Positions 8,014 to 18,349 of a DNA stretch of 64,000 nt are shown piece by piece. Every line of letters starts with the position of its first letter. The stretch's first letter is position 1. The translations under genes were made by a program, and so were the position numbers. Source of the DNA: Patescibacteria group bacterium (GTDB lineage: Bacteria > Patescibacteriota > Doudnabacteria > UBA920); contig WARV01000001.1 in the NCBI GenBank assembly GCA_013387205.1, forward strand, positions 86 through 64,085, read 5' to 3'. Below the pieces are notes generated by a model. That model did no database searches. It saw only the letters and a program-made list of their open reading frames with translations, and had not been told where the DNA came from.

Positions 8014-9858
8014 ATGGCAGATTCAATGCCCGCTTGGAAAGCAAAAGCAATAGATATTGTCAGAAAAGAAGTTTTAGCTTGGGAACAGCCGATTTTTTGG
8101 ATTGTCCCCAAGGTGGCTTTTAACATGAGGCTGTTGATTGAACAGTTAATTAAAAATTACTGGGGCGTATTTGATGAACCCGTTGACCCGACTTCGGGAA
8201 AAGAAAAAATTTGGATGCACTTAACTAGGACGATGGTAGAATCCCAGGTTGAGGACACCATTATAAAATCTAAGGATGTTAATTTTAGGGCTAAAACTGA
8301 TATCGCAATCCCCTATAAGCCTTTAGTAAAGAACATTGTCAAAAACCACTTAGATAAAATTTATTTTGGCGATAAATTAAGGGATTTGGTTAGGGATATG
8401 GGCATGACCGGAACAGCAGTCTGGAAAATGCATCCTGACTTCGGCGACAAGCTTTTAAGAAGAGTGAGTGTCTTAAATTGTTACATTGACCCCTCAGTTG
8501 ATTCTATACAAGACGCCGAAAGGTTTACGGAACGCGCGGTGCAGACAATTGATGAAATAAAGGGGATGAAATCCTGGGAAGACACTGGTAAGTTAGCAGG
8601 CTCTAACCAAGTTCATAGGCAGGATTCTGTTGTATCAGGTGCTAACACTTCTCCTGAAGGATTGAAATTCGCAGAAGTCTTTGAAACCTGGGGAAAAATT
8701 CCGAAATGGGTTTTGAACAAGGAAGATAAGGGGGATGATTATGATATGGAAGAGGGACAGATTGTTTGTTCTAGGGATAACGGAACTTGGAATTTCCACT
8801 TTCTAAAAAAGAATACAACTAAAGATTCTACCGGGAGAATTATCAAGCCTTACGAAGAAGCGTGGTTTTCCAAGATTCCGGGCAGGTGGCATGGCGTTGG
8901 CCCTCCTGAAACTCTTTTACACCTACAGATTTGGTCAAATATTTCAGCAAACATTTACGTCAATCGGGAATTTATTTCTTCTCTTGGCTTGTTTCAGATT
9001 AGAAAAGGTTCAGGCATAACCCCGCAGATGATATCTAAGCTCGCCGCAAACGGAGCTATTCAGGTTAGTCAAATCGACCAGGACATTAAGCAGATACAAA
9101 TGGACGAACCTGGTCCGGCATTTTACAACAACCAGCAGTTTATTTACGAACAGGCGCAGAAGTGGACAAGGACATTTGAGATTGCCGGAGCTGACGATAT
9201 GCCAGCTTCCACTCCCGCAACCATAGGGGTAATCAAAAACCAATCCGCGCAAACCGCTTCTTCTCTTGTAAAAGAGGGGACTGGGATTTTCCTGCAACGC
9301 TGCCTTGGTCGCCATCTGATGCCAAATATTTTCAAGGATATAAAAATTGGAGATATCATCCACGCAACTGGGGACACATCCATGCTCCAGGCTTTGGACG
9401 ATGCGATCGTCTTTGACCTGTTAGCAAAACAACTGGATGAAATGGAAGCAAAGGGTGTAATAGTGACTCCGGAAAAGGTAGAACTTGAAGAACAAAGAAT
9501 TAGGCAGTTCTACCAAAAACAAGGTAATCAGAGGATTATTAAATATCTCAAAAACTTGGATTGGGCGGAATACGACGTAGAGCCATTTATTACCAACGAA
9601 GACTTTGACAAGGGAACAATGACGCAAAATCTCTTAACTGCCTTACAGATTGCCCCTGAATACAAAGACCAGATACTTAAAGAGTTGTTTGACTTAATGA
9701 ACCTTCCGCCATTGAAAGCCCCAACTCAAATGCAAGGGACGATGGCTGCACCGCAGCAGCAACCGATGATGAATCCAACTGAAAGGATGGCGCAGAACAA
9801 CACAATGGAACAGGGTGCGGCAGTTGGCAGGCCTATTGGGGGTGTAAATGTTAGATAA
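8014..9858 (+). CDS. Portal protein
   Basis: 614 aa directly after terL; Gln/Met-rich C-terminus typical of podoviral portals. Confidence 0.85.
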   Translation: MADSMPAWKAKAIDIVRKEVLAWEQPIFWIVPKVAFNMRLLIEQLIKNYWGVFDEPVDPTSGKEKIWMHLTRTMVESQVEDTIIKSKDVNFRAKTDIAIPYKPLVKNIVKNHLDKIYFGDKLRDLVRDMGMTGTAVWKMHPDFGDKLLRRVSVLNCYIDPSVDSIQDAERFTERAVQTIDEIKGMKSWEDTGKLAGSNQVHRQDSVVSGANTSPEGLKFAEVFETWGKIPKWVLNKEDKGDDYDMEEGQIVCSRDNGTWNFHFLKKNTTKDSTGRIIKPYEEAWFSKIPGRWHGVGPPETLLHLQIWSNISANIYVNREFISSLGLFQIRKGSGITPQMISKLAANGAIQVSQIDQDIKQIQMDEPGPAFYNNQQFIYEQAQKWTRTFEIAGADDMPASTPATIGVIKNQSAQTASSLVKEGTGIFLQRCLGRHLMPNIFKDIKIGDIIHATGDTSMLQALDDAIVFDLLAKQLDEMEAKGVIVTPEKVELEEQRIRQFYQKQGNQRIIKYLKNLDWAEYDVEPFITNEDFDKGTMTQNLLTALQIAPEYKDQILKELFDLMNLPPLKAPTQMQGTMAAPQQQPMMNPTERMAQNNTMEQGAAVGRPIGGVNVR

Positions 9859-10156
9859 CGAAACCAAACAGACAATCGCCGATACGTCACTTTTGGCAAC
9901 CTTGAAAGATAACGACGCATGGAATTTGGCTAAAGAAAAACTTTTAGAGAAACTGTCTTTGCTTAATTCTGTTCAGTCTATACCAGTAGCCAATCGGACT
10001 TTTGAAGCTATCGGACAAGACACGGCAAATCGCACCCATGTCATCTCTGTCGTATTGGAATGGCTGGATGAAGTTGAGAGTTCGCCTGAAGTAGCTAAGG
10101 CCAACCGTGACGCCATTACCCCAAAGGATTCATTAAAATTTGTGATTCGAACTTAG
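9848..10156 (+). CDS. Hypothetical head-assembly protein
   Basis: Position between portal and scaffold. Confidence 0.65.
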   Translation: MLDNETKQTIADTSLLATLKDNDAWNLAKEKLLEKLSLLNSVQSIPVANRTFEAIGQDTANRTHVISVVLEWLDEVESSPEVAKANRDAITPKDSLKFVIRT

Positions 10157-10249
10157 GAATTTTGGACTAACCCCTCTAACTGGGGGGTTTCCCCAAACTT
10201 CTTATGTAAAAGTCGAAAGAAGTTCTTAGCAAACGTAATCTAATTTCAC

Positions 10250-10807
10250 ATGGAAGAAGAAAACACACAAACCCCAGCGGCCAACCCTGGCGAAGAAGCT
10301 CCGACCAACGTTGCTTCACCAGAAGGCGCGCAGAATGGTGGTTCCAATCCAACTACCACCCCTGCCTTGAGTTTAGAGGAAATCAATTCTTTGACGGGTC
10401 ACAAGTATTCAAACCTTGATGACGCCAAAAAGGGATTGGTCAATCTGAAGTCTGCCGTTGGGAAAAAGGAAATACCAGTGGACAATCCTGCTTTGGTTAA
10501 GCAGGTCAAAACCCTGGAATTTTTCCTTGAGCATCCCGAATACAAGGATGCAAAATCTTTGATAACCAAATTCGGGGACGACCCGAACGAGGTGATTAAA
10601 GACCCGGTTTTCCAACAGGCTTATAAAGGCATACAGGCTGTGGTAGAAACTGAAAAACAGAAAACGACCATAACGTCCACCTCCCGTGTTGCCACTCCGC
10701 CGTCCGACGAAGCCCAAAAAGCTTTTAAGGCCGCGCAGGATTCAGGCCTCCCCGAAGATTGGGGAAGCGTGATTATGCAAAGATCGGGACTGGACATTAA
10801 GGAATAG
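10250..10807 (+). CDS. Putative capsid scaffolding protein
   Basis: Acidic, disordered N-terminus; directly before capsid. Confidence 0.7.
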   Translation: MEEENTQTPAANPGEEAPTNVASPEGAQNGGSNPTTTPALSLEEINSLTGHKYSNLDDAKKGLVNLKSAVGKKEIPVDNPALVKQVKTLEFFLEHPEYKDAKSLITKFGDDPNEVIKDPVFQQAYKGIQAVVETEKQKTTITSTSRVATPPSDEAQKAFKAAQDSGLPEDWGSVIMQRSGLDIKE

Positions 10808-10809
10808 CA

Positions 10810-12346
10810 ATGGCAATAGGTTTAGGTTAAATTAGACCTATTAAAATCGAGCCATATGCTGGAAAACCCTTAGAATCTTTAACCCTAACTATGGAACAGT
10901 TTAAAGAATTGGGCAATCAGCAGGAAAGGCTTTCTCTTGTCTCTTATCTCTTTGGAATTATAGACGGCGAAGGTAGTTATCAGCTAGCTTCTGACATAAA
11001 TAAACATGGCCGTAGATATTTTTCCCCACAACTTAATATAAGCAACGCAAATCCAGGAATAATTGATTATTGCATAAAGGCTTTCAAACGTTTAGACGTA
11101 GCATATTATGTCTGGACGCCAAAAAAACACGGCAAAGAAAAATGCGTTTTATATCGATTGTGCGTAAAGGGAATAAAGAGAATGGCAAAATTTTTAGCGG
11201 TTGCGGCTTATTTCCCTCACGCTAAAATACGCCAAGCAAAGTTGTTAAAGAATTTTTGTGACTTGCGATTATCAATTGACCCAAAGAAAAAAGCCAGTGG
11301 TCACGAAATCACATACACAAATGCAGAAGTCGGATTCAAGAATGAACTTGGCCGACTAAACAAGGAATACAACACAAGAGGAAGAATCCTCAGAGACTAT
11401 ACGCTCGACTCTCTAAAAGAGAGATGATATAGTCCGACCTTCCACGAAATTGGAAGATTAACAAAACGTAATTACCTACCAAGACCCTACCCGCCGGGAA
11501 GATTTGATTGATGTGGTAACCAACGTGTCCGTCCAGGATACTCCACTCTTGTCAAACTTGCCGATGGGAACTGCCGCTAAGTCAACTTTGCACGAATATG
11601 CTACCGACAGCTTCGCCGATTATACCGATTCAGCCACCGCTGAAGGTTCCGGTGCTTCCGTTGTCGATTTGACTGCTCCGACACGCTCTAACAATGTAAA
11701 CCAAATTTTCAAGGATGACGTCAATGTCTCCAATACGGAAATTGCGGTTAATGGAGTGGTTGAGCCGTTCAAATACCAGCTCGGCAAAGTCATGGTGCAA
11801 CAGGCGAAAAATATTGAATTGGCTTTCATGGCCGGTTCAAGAAACTCCGGTAACTCCGGTGTCGCCCGCCGCCTCCAGGGTGTCATTAACGCAATTACCA
11901 CCAACGCTACTACCAGAGCTTCTGGAACTAGCTTGGGTGAAGTTGCTTTAAACGACATCTTGCAGATGATTTGGACTGGCACAGGTAAAGTCGCTACTAA
12001 CATTTATGTCGGTGCGACCTTGAAGAGAGATATCACCTCTCTGTCCACCACTGTTACCCGTTTCCAAGACGCTGCTTCAAAGCGTTTAACCAAACCGGTT
12101 TCAGTGTACGAATCAGATTTCGGTGTCCATGAAATCTACCTCCACAGGAACGTGCCGACTGGCGCGAACAACCTGACGTTGGTAGCTATCAACCCCGAAT
12201 TCCACCGCAAGTCCTACTTGCGCCCGACCCAGACCGTGCAGTTGCCGCCTGATGGCGATAGAACTCGCGCGATGATTGTTACCGAAGTCACCCTTGAACA
12301 CAAGGGAGAAAAGACTGGTGCAGTAGTCGGTGGATTCACCTCTTAA
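10810..12346 (+). CDS. Major capsid protein (DUF5309/SU10-like), spliced: join(10810..10822,11469..12346), 296 aa
   Basis: Splicing gives MAIGLITYQDPTRREDLIDVVTNVSVQDTPL..., restoring the REDL.D..N.S..DTP capsid motif; VYESDFG motif near the C-terminus. Confidence 0.88.
10823..11468 (+). ncRNA. Group I intron (646 nt) in major capsid gene
   Basis: P1 with U10822-G10835 wobble; P4 TGCTGG/TCAGCA; R CAGAGACTAT (11391-11400); S GATATAGTCC; P3 CGAGC/GCTCG; P8; P9; terminal G11468; P10 AATTA/TAATT. Confidence 0.92.
10891..11427 (+). CDS. Intron-encoded LAGLIDADG homing endonuclease (single motif)
   Basis: YLFGIIDGEGSY motif; lies inside the intron. Confidence 0.9.
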   Translation: MEQFKELGNQQERLSLVSYLFGIIDGEGSYQLASDINKHGRRYFSPQLNISNANPGIIDYCIKAFKRLDVAYYVWTPKKHGKEKCVLYRLCVKGIKRMAKFLAVAAYFPHAKIRQAKLLKNFCDLRLSIDPKKKASGHEITYTNAEVGFKNELGRLNKEYNTRGRILRDYTLDSLKER

Positions 12347-12409
12347 TAACTTAGTTGTTATTTGTTCGCCCCCCTTATCCCAATTGAGGGGGACGACAAT
12401 TGGGAAACA

Positions 12410-12782
12410 AATGAAAGAACAAGTGATAGGGAAAGAGCATTGGAACGTTGATAACGGGGATTTTAAGGGATTATGGGCTATCAATCCGGAAATGGCTCAA
12501 GGTGCTGACATTTGGCAGAAGATTGATGAGATTGTGATTGCCTACTCAAAATTAAATCCTGGCGAAGTTTTCTTGACCATACTGGAGAATAAAGCAGAAT
12601 CCGCAAGGCTCATGCACGAAACAGGGAAAACCAAGGGCGGAACGATGAGGTACGGTGCAGCATGGCCTCTGGGATTGTGGGTAAAGATAAAGCAACTCGC
12701 GCCGGACTTGTTTTTAAACAAGAAAAACTTCCATAAACTCTTAAGGAAATATCCAGGATTTACTATCGCAAAAAAAATATGA
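12410..12782 (+). CDS. Hypothetical protein after capsid
   Basis: ORF coupled (ATGA) to the glycosyltransferase. Confidence 0.7.
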
Positions 12783-15109
12783 AAACACTCTCTCTTTGTT
12801 TAATAGTTACCGCTGAAGATTTTAAAAAAGCCCTACCTGCCATAGAACAAATTAAGCCATTTGTAAATGAAGTTTGCATTACGGTCACGGACAGGACGGA
12901 AGGGTACGAAGATGGTGATAAATTAAAATTTTCTTACTTCAAATGGATTAATGATTTTGCCGCCGCTAGAAATTATAATTTTTCCCAAAGTTCTTGTGAC
13001 TGGATATTGTGGCTTGACGCTGATGACACTTTGGCTAATCCCGAAAAACTAAAAGGGTTAGTCCAATATGCGGAAGATAATCGGGTAGAAGGATATTACT
13101 TTTTATACAAATACGATTTTGACGCAAGCGGAAAATGCATAAACGAACACTGGAAAGCGCAGCTTCTTAAAAACAACGGGCATTTTAAATGGAAAGGCGC
13201 GATACACGAAGACCCTATCCAGGAACGCCCTGCAAGATGGGCGAAAGCTTACGATTGTGTTCGTATTCACCACTCCGACCACAAAAGGGGGAAGGAATCA
13301 AGCGAGCGCAATATGCGGATTCTGCTAAAGGAAAGAGAACGCGACCCCAAAGAGCCGAGAACCCTATTTTATCTAGGACGTGGATATATTGAATTGGAAG
13401 AATACCAAAAAGCCATTGACTGTTTAACTGAATACTTAGCCTTATCGGGATGGGATGACGAAAGGTATGAGGCAAGGCTGTTGATTGGAAGCTGTTTCAT
13501 GAGGACAAAACAGCATGAAGAAGCCTTGGGTTGGTATAACTCGGCTATTTTGGAGAAGGAAGAGTATCCAGACGCCTATATCCAAAAGGGCATGGCCTAT
13601 TTAAAGCTTGAAAAATGGGGACAAGCGCTTTCAAATTTTAAAACTGCCTTGGGTATGAACATCCCGGACGCTTCCACTTATTTCAACCCCATGCTTTACA
13701 AACGTGACTTATTCCTTGGAATCGCTTTTGCGTATTTGCAGATTGCCGAACTCGACCAGGCTTTGCCAGCAGTGCTGCAAGCTGAAAAAGCTGACCCAAA
13801 ATACCAAGAAACTTTGGATTTAAAAAAGATAATAGTTGAATTGAAATTTAAACACGATACTTCTAACCATTACGCCCGGTTAGCAAAATATTTAAAAGAC
13901 AAGAACCAGGAAGACAAGATTTTACCCTTATTATCTTCTGCACCGAAAGAACTGTTAGACGACCCTATTCTTCTTTCCTTGAAGTTCGCTTACCAGAAAC
14001 AATACACTTGGCCGGAGAAGTCAATTGCCGTTTATTGCGGTCCAACGGCTGAAAGCTGGACACCGGATTCACAGAATAACGGAGGGATAGGCGGAAGCGA
14101 AACCGCAGTAATCGAACTGACGAACAGATTGGCGGAAGATGGCTGGAATATCACAGTTTATAACCAATGCGACGCCCCGCCGGAAGGAAAGAGATACAGC
14201 AAGGTTTTATATAAAAATTACTGGACGTTTAACGTAGATGATGAATTTGATGTTTTGTGGGTTTGGAGATTGCCAGAACTTTTTGACTACGACTTGAATG
14301 CCAGACTGAAAATCTTAGATTTACATGATACCATGTCACCGGCAGATTTTACGCCTGAACGGGTGGCGAAAATGGACAAGATTTTTGTTAAGACAAATTT
14401 TCACCGTTCACTATATCCGAAAATCGCTGATGACAAATTCGTAATTGTCGGAAACGGGATTGATTTGAAGAGGTTTGAAGGAAAAGCAGAAAAAGACCCG
14501 CACCGATTCATGTATTCTTCCACACCAAACAGGGGGCTTGATACTCTGTTAAAGATGTGGCCGAAGATTAAAGAAAAAATCCCCGAAGCGACCCTGCATG
14601 TTTACTACGGTTGGAACACCTTTTACAAACTGGAGAAAAATAACCCAGAACGGATGATGTGGATGAAAAAAGTGCAGGAAATGATGAAACAGGACGGGGT
14701 AGTAGATCACGGGCGAGTTGGACAAAAAGAACTTGCCCAGGATATGTTAAAAACTTCCTTTTGGCTCTACCCCACTGACTTTCCGGAAATTGACTGCATT
14801 ACGGCCAAGGAAATGCAGGCAGCGGGAGTATATCCCATAACTTCTGGTTACGCAGCATTAGAAGAAAGCCAGATAAGTGGCATGAAGGTCAGGGGCGACA
14901 CTTACGACCCTGAGTGGCAAAAAGAATACATCAAGGAAGTGGTTAGTTATAAGGATGCAGAAATTAACCACGAGCATATTAAAACATTAAGTAAACAATT
15001 TTCTTGGGACAATGTAGCCCAAGTATGGAAGGAGCAATTAAATGGCGAAAGTTACAATAAAGAACTTGGGCGAGATTCAGCAAGCACCGAAGGAGAAATT
15101 TCAAATTAA
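12779..15109 (+). CDS. Multidomain glycosyltransferase: GT2 + TPR repeats + GT4-like (GT-B) domain
   Basis: DFAAARN...WILWLDADD (GT2, SunS/flagellin-GT type); TPR-like helical repeats; GIGGSETAV and E-x7-E (EIDCITAKE). Confidence 0.9.
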   Translation: MKTLSLCLIVTAEDFKKALPAIEQIKPFVNEVCITVTDRTEGYEDGDKLKFSYFKWINDFAAARNYNFSQSSCDWILWLDADDTLANPEKLKGLVQYAEDNRVEGYYFLYKYDFDASGKCINEHWKAQLLKNNGHFKWKGAIHEDPIQERPARWAKAYDCVRIHHSDHKRGKESSERNMRILLKERERDPKEPRTLFYLGRGYIELEEYQKAIDCLTEYLALSGWDDERYEARLLIGSCFMRTKQHEEALGWYNSAILEKEEYPDAYIQKGMAYLKLEKWGQALSNFKTALGMNIPDASTYFNPMLYKRDLFLGIAFAYLQIAELDQALPAVLQAEKADPKYQETLDLKKIIVELKFKHDTSNHYARLAKYLKDKNQEDKILPLLSSAPKELLDDPILLSLKFAYQKQYTWPEKSIAVYCGPTAESWTPDSQNNGGIGGSETAVIELTNRLAEDGWNITVYNQCDAPPEGKRYSKVLYKNYWTFNVDDEFDVLWVWRLPELFDYDLNARLKILDLHDTMSPADFTPERVAKMDKIFVKTNFHRSLYPKIADDKFVIVGNGIDLKRFEGKAEKDPHRFMYSSTPNRGLDTLLKMWPKIKEKIPEATLHVYYGWNTFYKLEKNNPERMMWMKKVQEMMKQDGVVDHGRVGQKELAQDMLKTSFWLYPTDFPEIDCITAKEMQAAGVYPITSGYAALEESQISGMKVRGDTYDPEWQKEYIKEVVSYKDAEINHEHIKTLSKQFSWDNVAQVWKEQLNGESYNKELGRDSASTEGEISN

Positions 15110-15182
15110 ATATCATAGCGGAATTACAACCTTAGAAGATGTGATCAACCAGCTAAACGAACATTTTAAGGAAAATGCCTAA
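15042..15182 (+). CDS. Small hypothetical protein (46 aa)
   Basis: AAGGAG RBS; MAKVTIKNLGEIQQ...KENA*; overlaps both neighbours. Confidence 0.5.
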   Translation: MAKVTIKNLGEIQQAPKEKFQIKYHSGITTLEDVINQLNEHFKENA

Positions 15183-16059
15183 GCTAAAGATTTCTTTTTT
15201 GTGGGATGGAGTGCGACTGCATTACGGCCAGAGATTTAAAGACGGGCTGTTTATGGCTCTTCAACACCTTAAGGAAAAGCATGAAGTTCGGATGTTTGAA
15301 CCTGACGAGATTGATAAAATAAATGGCTTTCGACCTGACGTGTTGCTGTATTGGGGTGCGTTGTGTGAGAATTCTAAACCCCTAGTTGCCTCTTACCCTT
15401 ATAAAAAAGCGATTTGTTTTGCCGGTGGACCGATTGAGCCAGGTAATGTGGACGGATTTGACCTTTACTTTACCGAATCAGAACAAAATGAATGGGAGTT
15501 TAAGGCTCTGAATAAACCATACATGAGGGCGTTTGGGGTAAATGAGGAACTGTATAAACCTTTACCATTAGAGAAAAAATATGACGCAATTTTCTTCGGC
15601 ACTCATGCGCTTTGGAAAAGGAATGACTTGTTTGCTAAAGCGGTTAAAGACAAAGGCGTGTCGATTGGCATTTTCCAAGACCACGAAAAAGAATGTTACC
15701 AAATCCCGCAAGCCGAGGGTTGTGAAGTCCATGACGAATTACCGAGGGAAGAAGTCGTTACGTTCATCAATCAAAGTCATATTGCCTTAAATACTGCTAA
15801 TTTCTGGGATGGGGGACAAAGGATGACCCTTGAGGCTATGGCTTGCGACGTTCCGCCGATAGTGATGAGCGATTCACCAAAAAACATGGAATATGTGGAT
15901 GAATCAGGGGTGGGGTTAGTAGTTGAACCAAACATAGAAGCGATAAGGGAAGCCATCGGAAGATTAAAAGGAACACAGGCGGGAAGAAAATACATTTTAT
16001 CAAAATGGACATCTAAACATTACGCTCAAAATTTAGAAAAAGGGCTATTACAATTATGA
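15175..16059 (+). CDS. Glycosyltransferase, GT4-like
   Basis: DGGQRMTLEAMACDVP motif, GLVVEPN. Confidence 0.85.
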   Translation: MPKLKISFLWDGVRLHYGQRFKDGLFMALQHLKEKHEVRMFEPDEIDKINGFRPDVLLYWGALCENSKPLVASYPYKKAICFAGGPIEPGNVDGFDLYFTESEQNEWEFKALNKPYMRAFGVNEELYKPLPLEKKYDAIFFGTHALWKRNDLFAKAVKDKGVSIGIFQDHEKECYQIPQAEGCEVHDELPREEVVTFINQSHIALNTANFWDGGQRMTLEAMACDVPPIVMSDSPKNMEYVDESGVGLVVEPNIEAIREAIGRLKGTQAGRKYILSKWTSKHYAQNLEKGLLQL

Positions 16060-17126
16060 TTCCTATTTCCAAACCATCAGCCGACGACCAGACCAAACAA
16101 GATTTATTGGAAGTTTTAGATTCGGGCTGGTGGGGCAAGGGGCCAAAAGTTGAAGAATTTGAAAAAAAGTTTGCCGAATATGTTGGACAGCAATATGCCG
16201 TTGCTGTTAACTCCGCCACTTCTGCCCTGGATTTATGTTTAAAAGCTGCTGATATTTCCGGCGGCGAACTTTACACCACTCCATTGACTTTTGTTTCTGA
16301 CGCCATTGTGGGGGAGTGGAATAACATGACCGTGACGTTTGGAGATATCGACCCGGAAACACTCTGTTTAGACCCTAAAAGTTTTTATCCATCTAAAAAC
16401 ACTAAGGCGGTAATTGCAGTGGATTCTCATGGAAGGTTGGCTGACATTGATGGTTTTAGGAAAAAGTTTAACGGGTTGATTATTGAAGACGCCGCCCATG
16501 CCATGTACACCCCAGGAGCAGGAAAAGGTGATATGACCGTTTGGTCTTTCCAGGCAGTAAAGACTTTGCCTTGCGGTGACGGCGGCATGATTACCACTAA
16601 CAATAAGAAATATTACGACAAGTTAAAATCCTTAACTTGGTTAGGAATTGAAAAGCCAACATTCTCCCGTGTTTCAGACAAAGGCTACCAATGGGATTAC
16701 GATATTTTCCAATCAGGCATAAAAGCCTATATGAATGATTTAACGGCGGTAATTGGCCTTGGACAACTTAGAAGACTTGATGAAATGAACGCCTGGCGCA
16801 GGGGCATACAAGACCAATATAACGAAGCGTTTAAAAACCATCCACATATCAAGATTCCTGCTTATTCCCATACAGTTCAATATTATACGCCAAGATTTAA
16901 AGACCGTGACGAGCTATGCCAATACTTAGCTAGTAAAGGGATATGCAGCTCTGTCCATTTTAAACCTTTAACAGAGATGGATTACTGGCGCAAGCATTCC
17001 CGATCTGCTCCCATTCCTAATGTCTATCGAATTTGGCCTGAATTATTATCCCTGCCTGTGTATTACGGTTTAACTGGAGATGAAGTTAATCACATTATTA
17101 AAACAGTTCTTGATTTCTATGGCTAA
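16056..17126 (+). CDS. DegT/DnrJ/EryC1/StrS sugar aminotransferase
   Basis: AVNSATSAL, IEDAAHA, SFQAVK (PLP Lys), GDGGM. Confidence 0.95.
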   Translation: MIPISKPSADDQTKQDLLEVLDSGWWGKGPKVEEFEKKFAEYVGQQYAVAVNSATSALDLCLKAADISGGELYTTPLTFVSDAIVGEWNNMTVTFGDIDPETLCLDPKSFYPSKNTKAVIAVDSHGRLADIDGFRKKFNGLIIEDAAHAMYTPGAGKGDMTVWSFQAVKTLPCGDGGMITTNNKKYYDKLKSLTWLGIEKPTFSRVSDKGYQWDYDIFQSGIKAYMNDLTAVIGLGQLRRLDEMNAWRRGIQDQYNEAFKNHPHIKIPAYSHTVQYYTPRFKDRDELCQYLASKGICSSVHFKPLTEMDYWRKHSRSAPIPNVYRIWPELLSLPVYYGLTGDEVNHIIKTVLDFYG

Positions 17127-17700
17127 ACTGTCGGTCATTATTCCTCATTACCCATACGGTGACGAAATTAATAATAAGTTGGATGAATGTAGGAGCAAAC
17201 TGGAAAATTACGACGAACTTGTATTAGTTGTTAATCAGGGAATTGGTTTTGCAAAAGCAGTGAATTTGGGTTTTAAGATGGCAAAAGGTGATTTTCTGCT
17301 TTTAGTGAGTAATGACGTAATTTATACGGGCGGTGATATTCGGGATTTATGTGACCCAGAAGCAGTGACTTGTCCAGTAGTGAACGGAAGAAGGCAGGAA
17401 TTTTACGGATGCACCTTTTGCTTGCCGAGATGGGTATATGAAAAGATATGTGCCTTAAGAGGTGGAAAACAATTTTTAGATGAACAATTTGATATTGGTT
17501 TTTTTGAAGATGACAATCTAATTATGGAACTTCGCCAACTAAATATTCCTATGCGCTCAGTTAAAACAGTTTCCGCCGTAACCCAAGGCAGCCAGACTAT
17601 GAAGATTTTTGGTTCCGCTGACCCTTATAACAACAACCGCGCGAGATTTATTAAGAAATGGGGTGTAAGCAGTTCTAACCCGATTAAATATGAAGATTAG
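17119..17700 (+). CDS. Glycosyltransferase family 2
   Basis: SVIIP, GFAKAVNLG, LVSNDV, FFEDD. Confidence 0.85.
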   Translation: MAKLSVIIPHYPYGDEINNKLDECRSKLENYDELVLVVNQGIGFAKAVNLGFKMAKGDFLLLVSNDVIYTGGDIRDLCDPEAVTCPVVNGRRQEFYGCTFCLPRWVYEKICALRGGKQFLDEQFDIGFFEDDNLIMELRQLNIPMRSVKTVSAVTQGSQTMKIFGSADPYNNNRARFIKKWGVSSSNPIKYED

Positions 17701-18349
17701 CGTAATTTGTGTTACCAACCGTAAAGGCGCAATAGCTTTCTTAAAGAAGCAGTTAGATAAACAGACCTTCAAAGACTTTGATGTTATCGTAGCAGATGAT
17801 AGTGGTGACGAAGATTTTTTCGAGCAGTTCAAGCCACGCCAAAAAAACGAAGGCGATGTTTGGAACTTAAACAAGGCATATAACGACTGCTTGAGCAAAG
17901 TAACTGGGGAACTAATTGTTTTTTTACAAGATTTTATTGAAATTCCCGCTAACGGATTAGAAAGATTTTGGGAACTTTATCAACTTTACCCAAATGATTT
18001 AATTACAGGTTGCGGACATAAATACGAAAACGGCAGGATTGCAGAAACGGACAGTAGGTGCTTTGGCGACAGAAAACTTGTTTCTTCTGACTGGACTTTT
18101 TATGAACTAAATTGGGCTTCTTGTCCCGCAAAAATTGCGCCAAGGTTTGAAGAAGATATGGACAAATTCTACGGTGGGGAAAATATCGTGTTTGCTTTAA
18201 AAGCCCATTTAAAAGGTTCGGAAATCTGGCTAGACCGGATAAACGAATGCAAGGGGCTTGCCCATAACGACAGGCCAAGTGACTGGGAAGATTTACACCA
18301 TAATAAGAATAATCGTTTAAATGACAAAATTAAGAGTTTAATTATATGA
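17690..18349 (+). CDS. Glycosyltransferase family 2
   Basis: ISVICVT, QTFKDFDVIVADD, GELIVFLQD, YGGEN. Confidence 0.85.
   Translation: MKISVICVTNRKGAIAFLKKQLDKQTFKDFDVIVADDSGDEDFFEQFKPRQKNEGDVWNLNKAYNDCLSKVTGELIVFLQDFIEIPANGLERFWELYQLYPNDLITGCGHKYENGRIAETDSRCFGDRKLVSSDWTFYELNWASCPAKIAPRFEEDMDKFYGGENIVFALKAHLKGSEIWLDRINECKGLAHNDRPSDWEDLHHNKNNRLNDKIKSLII

Noticed and set aside
11504-12346. Capsid start at TTG 11504 as in the ORF track
   Set aside because: Upstream in-frame sequence plus intron splicing gives the complete N-terminus
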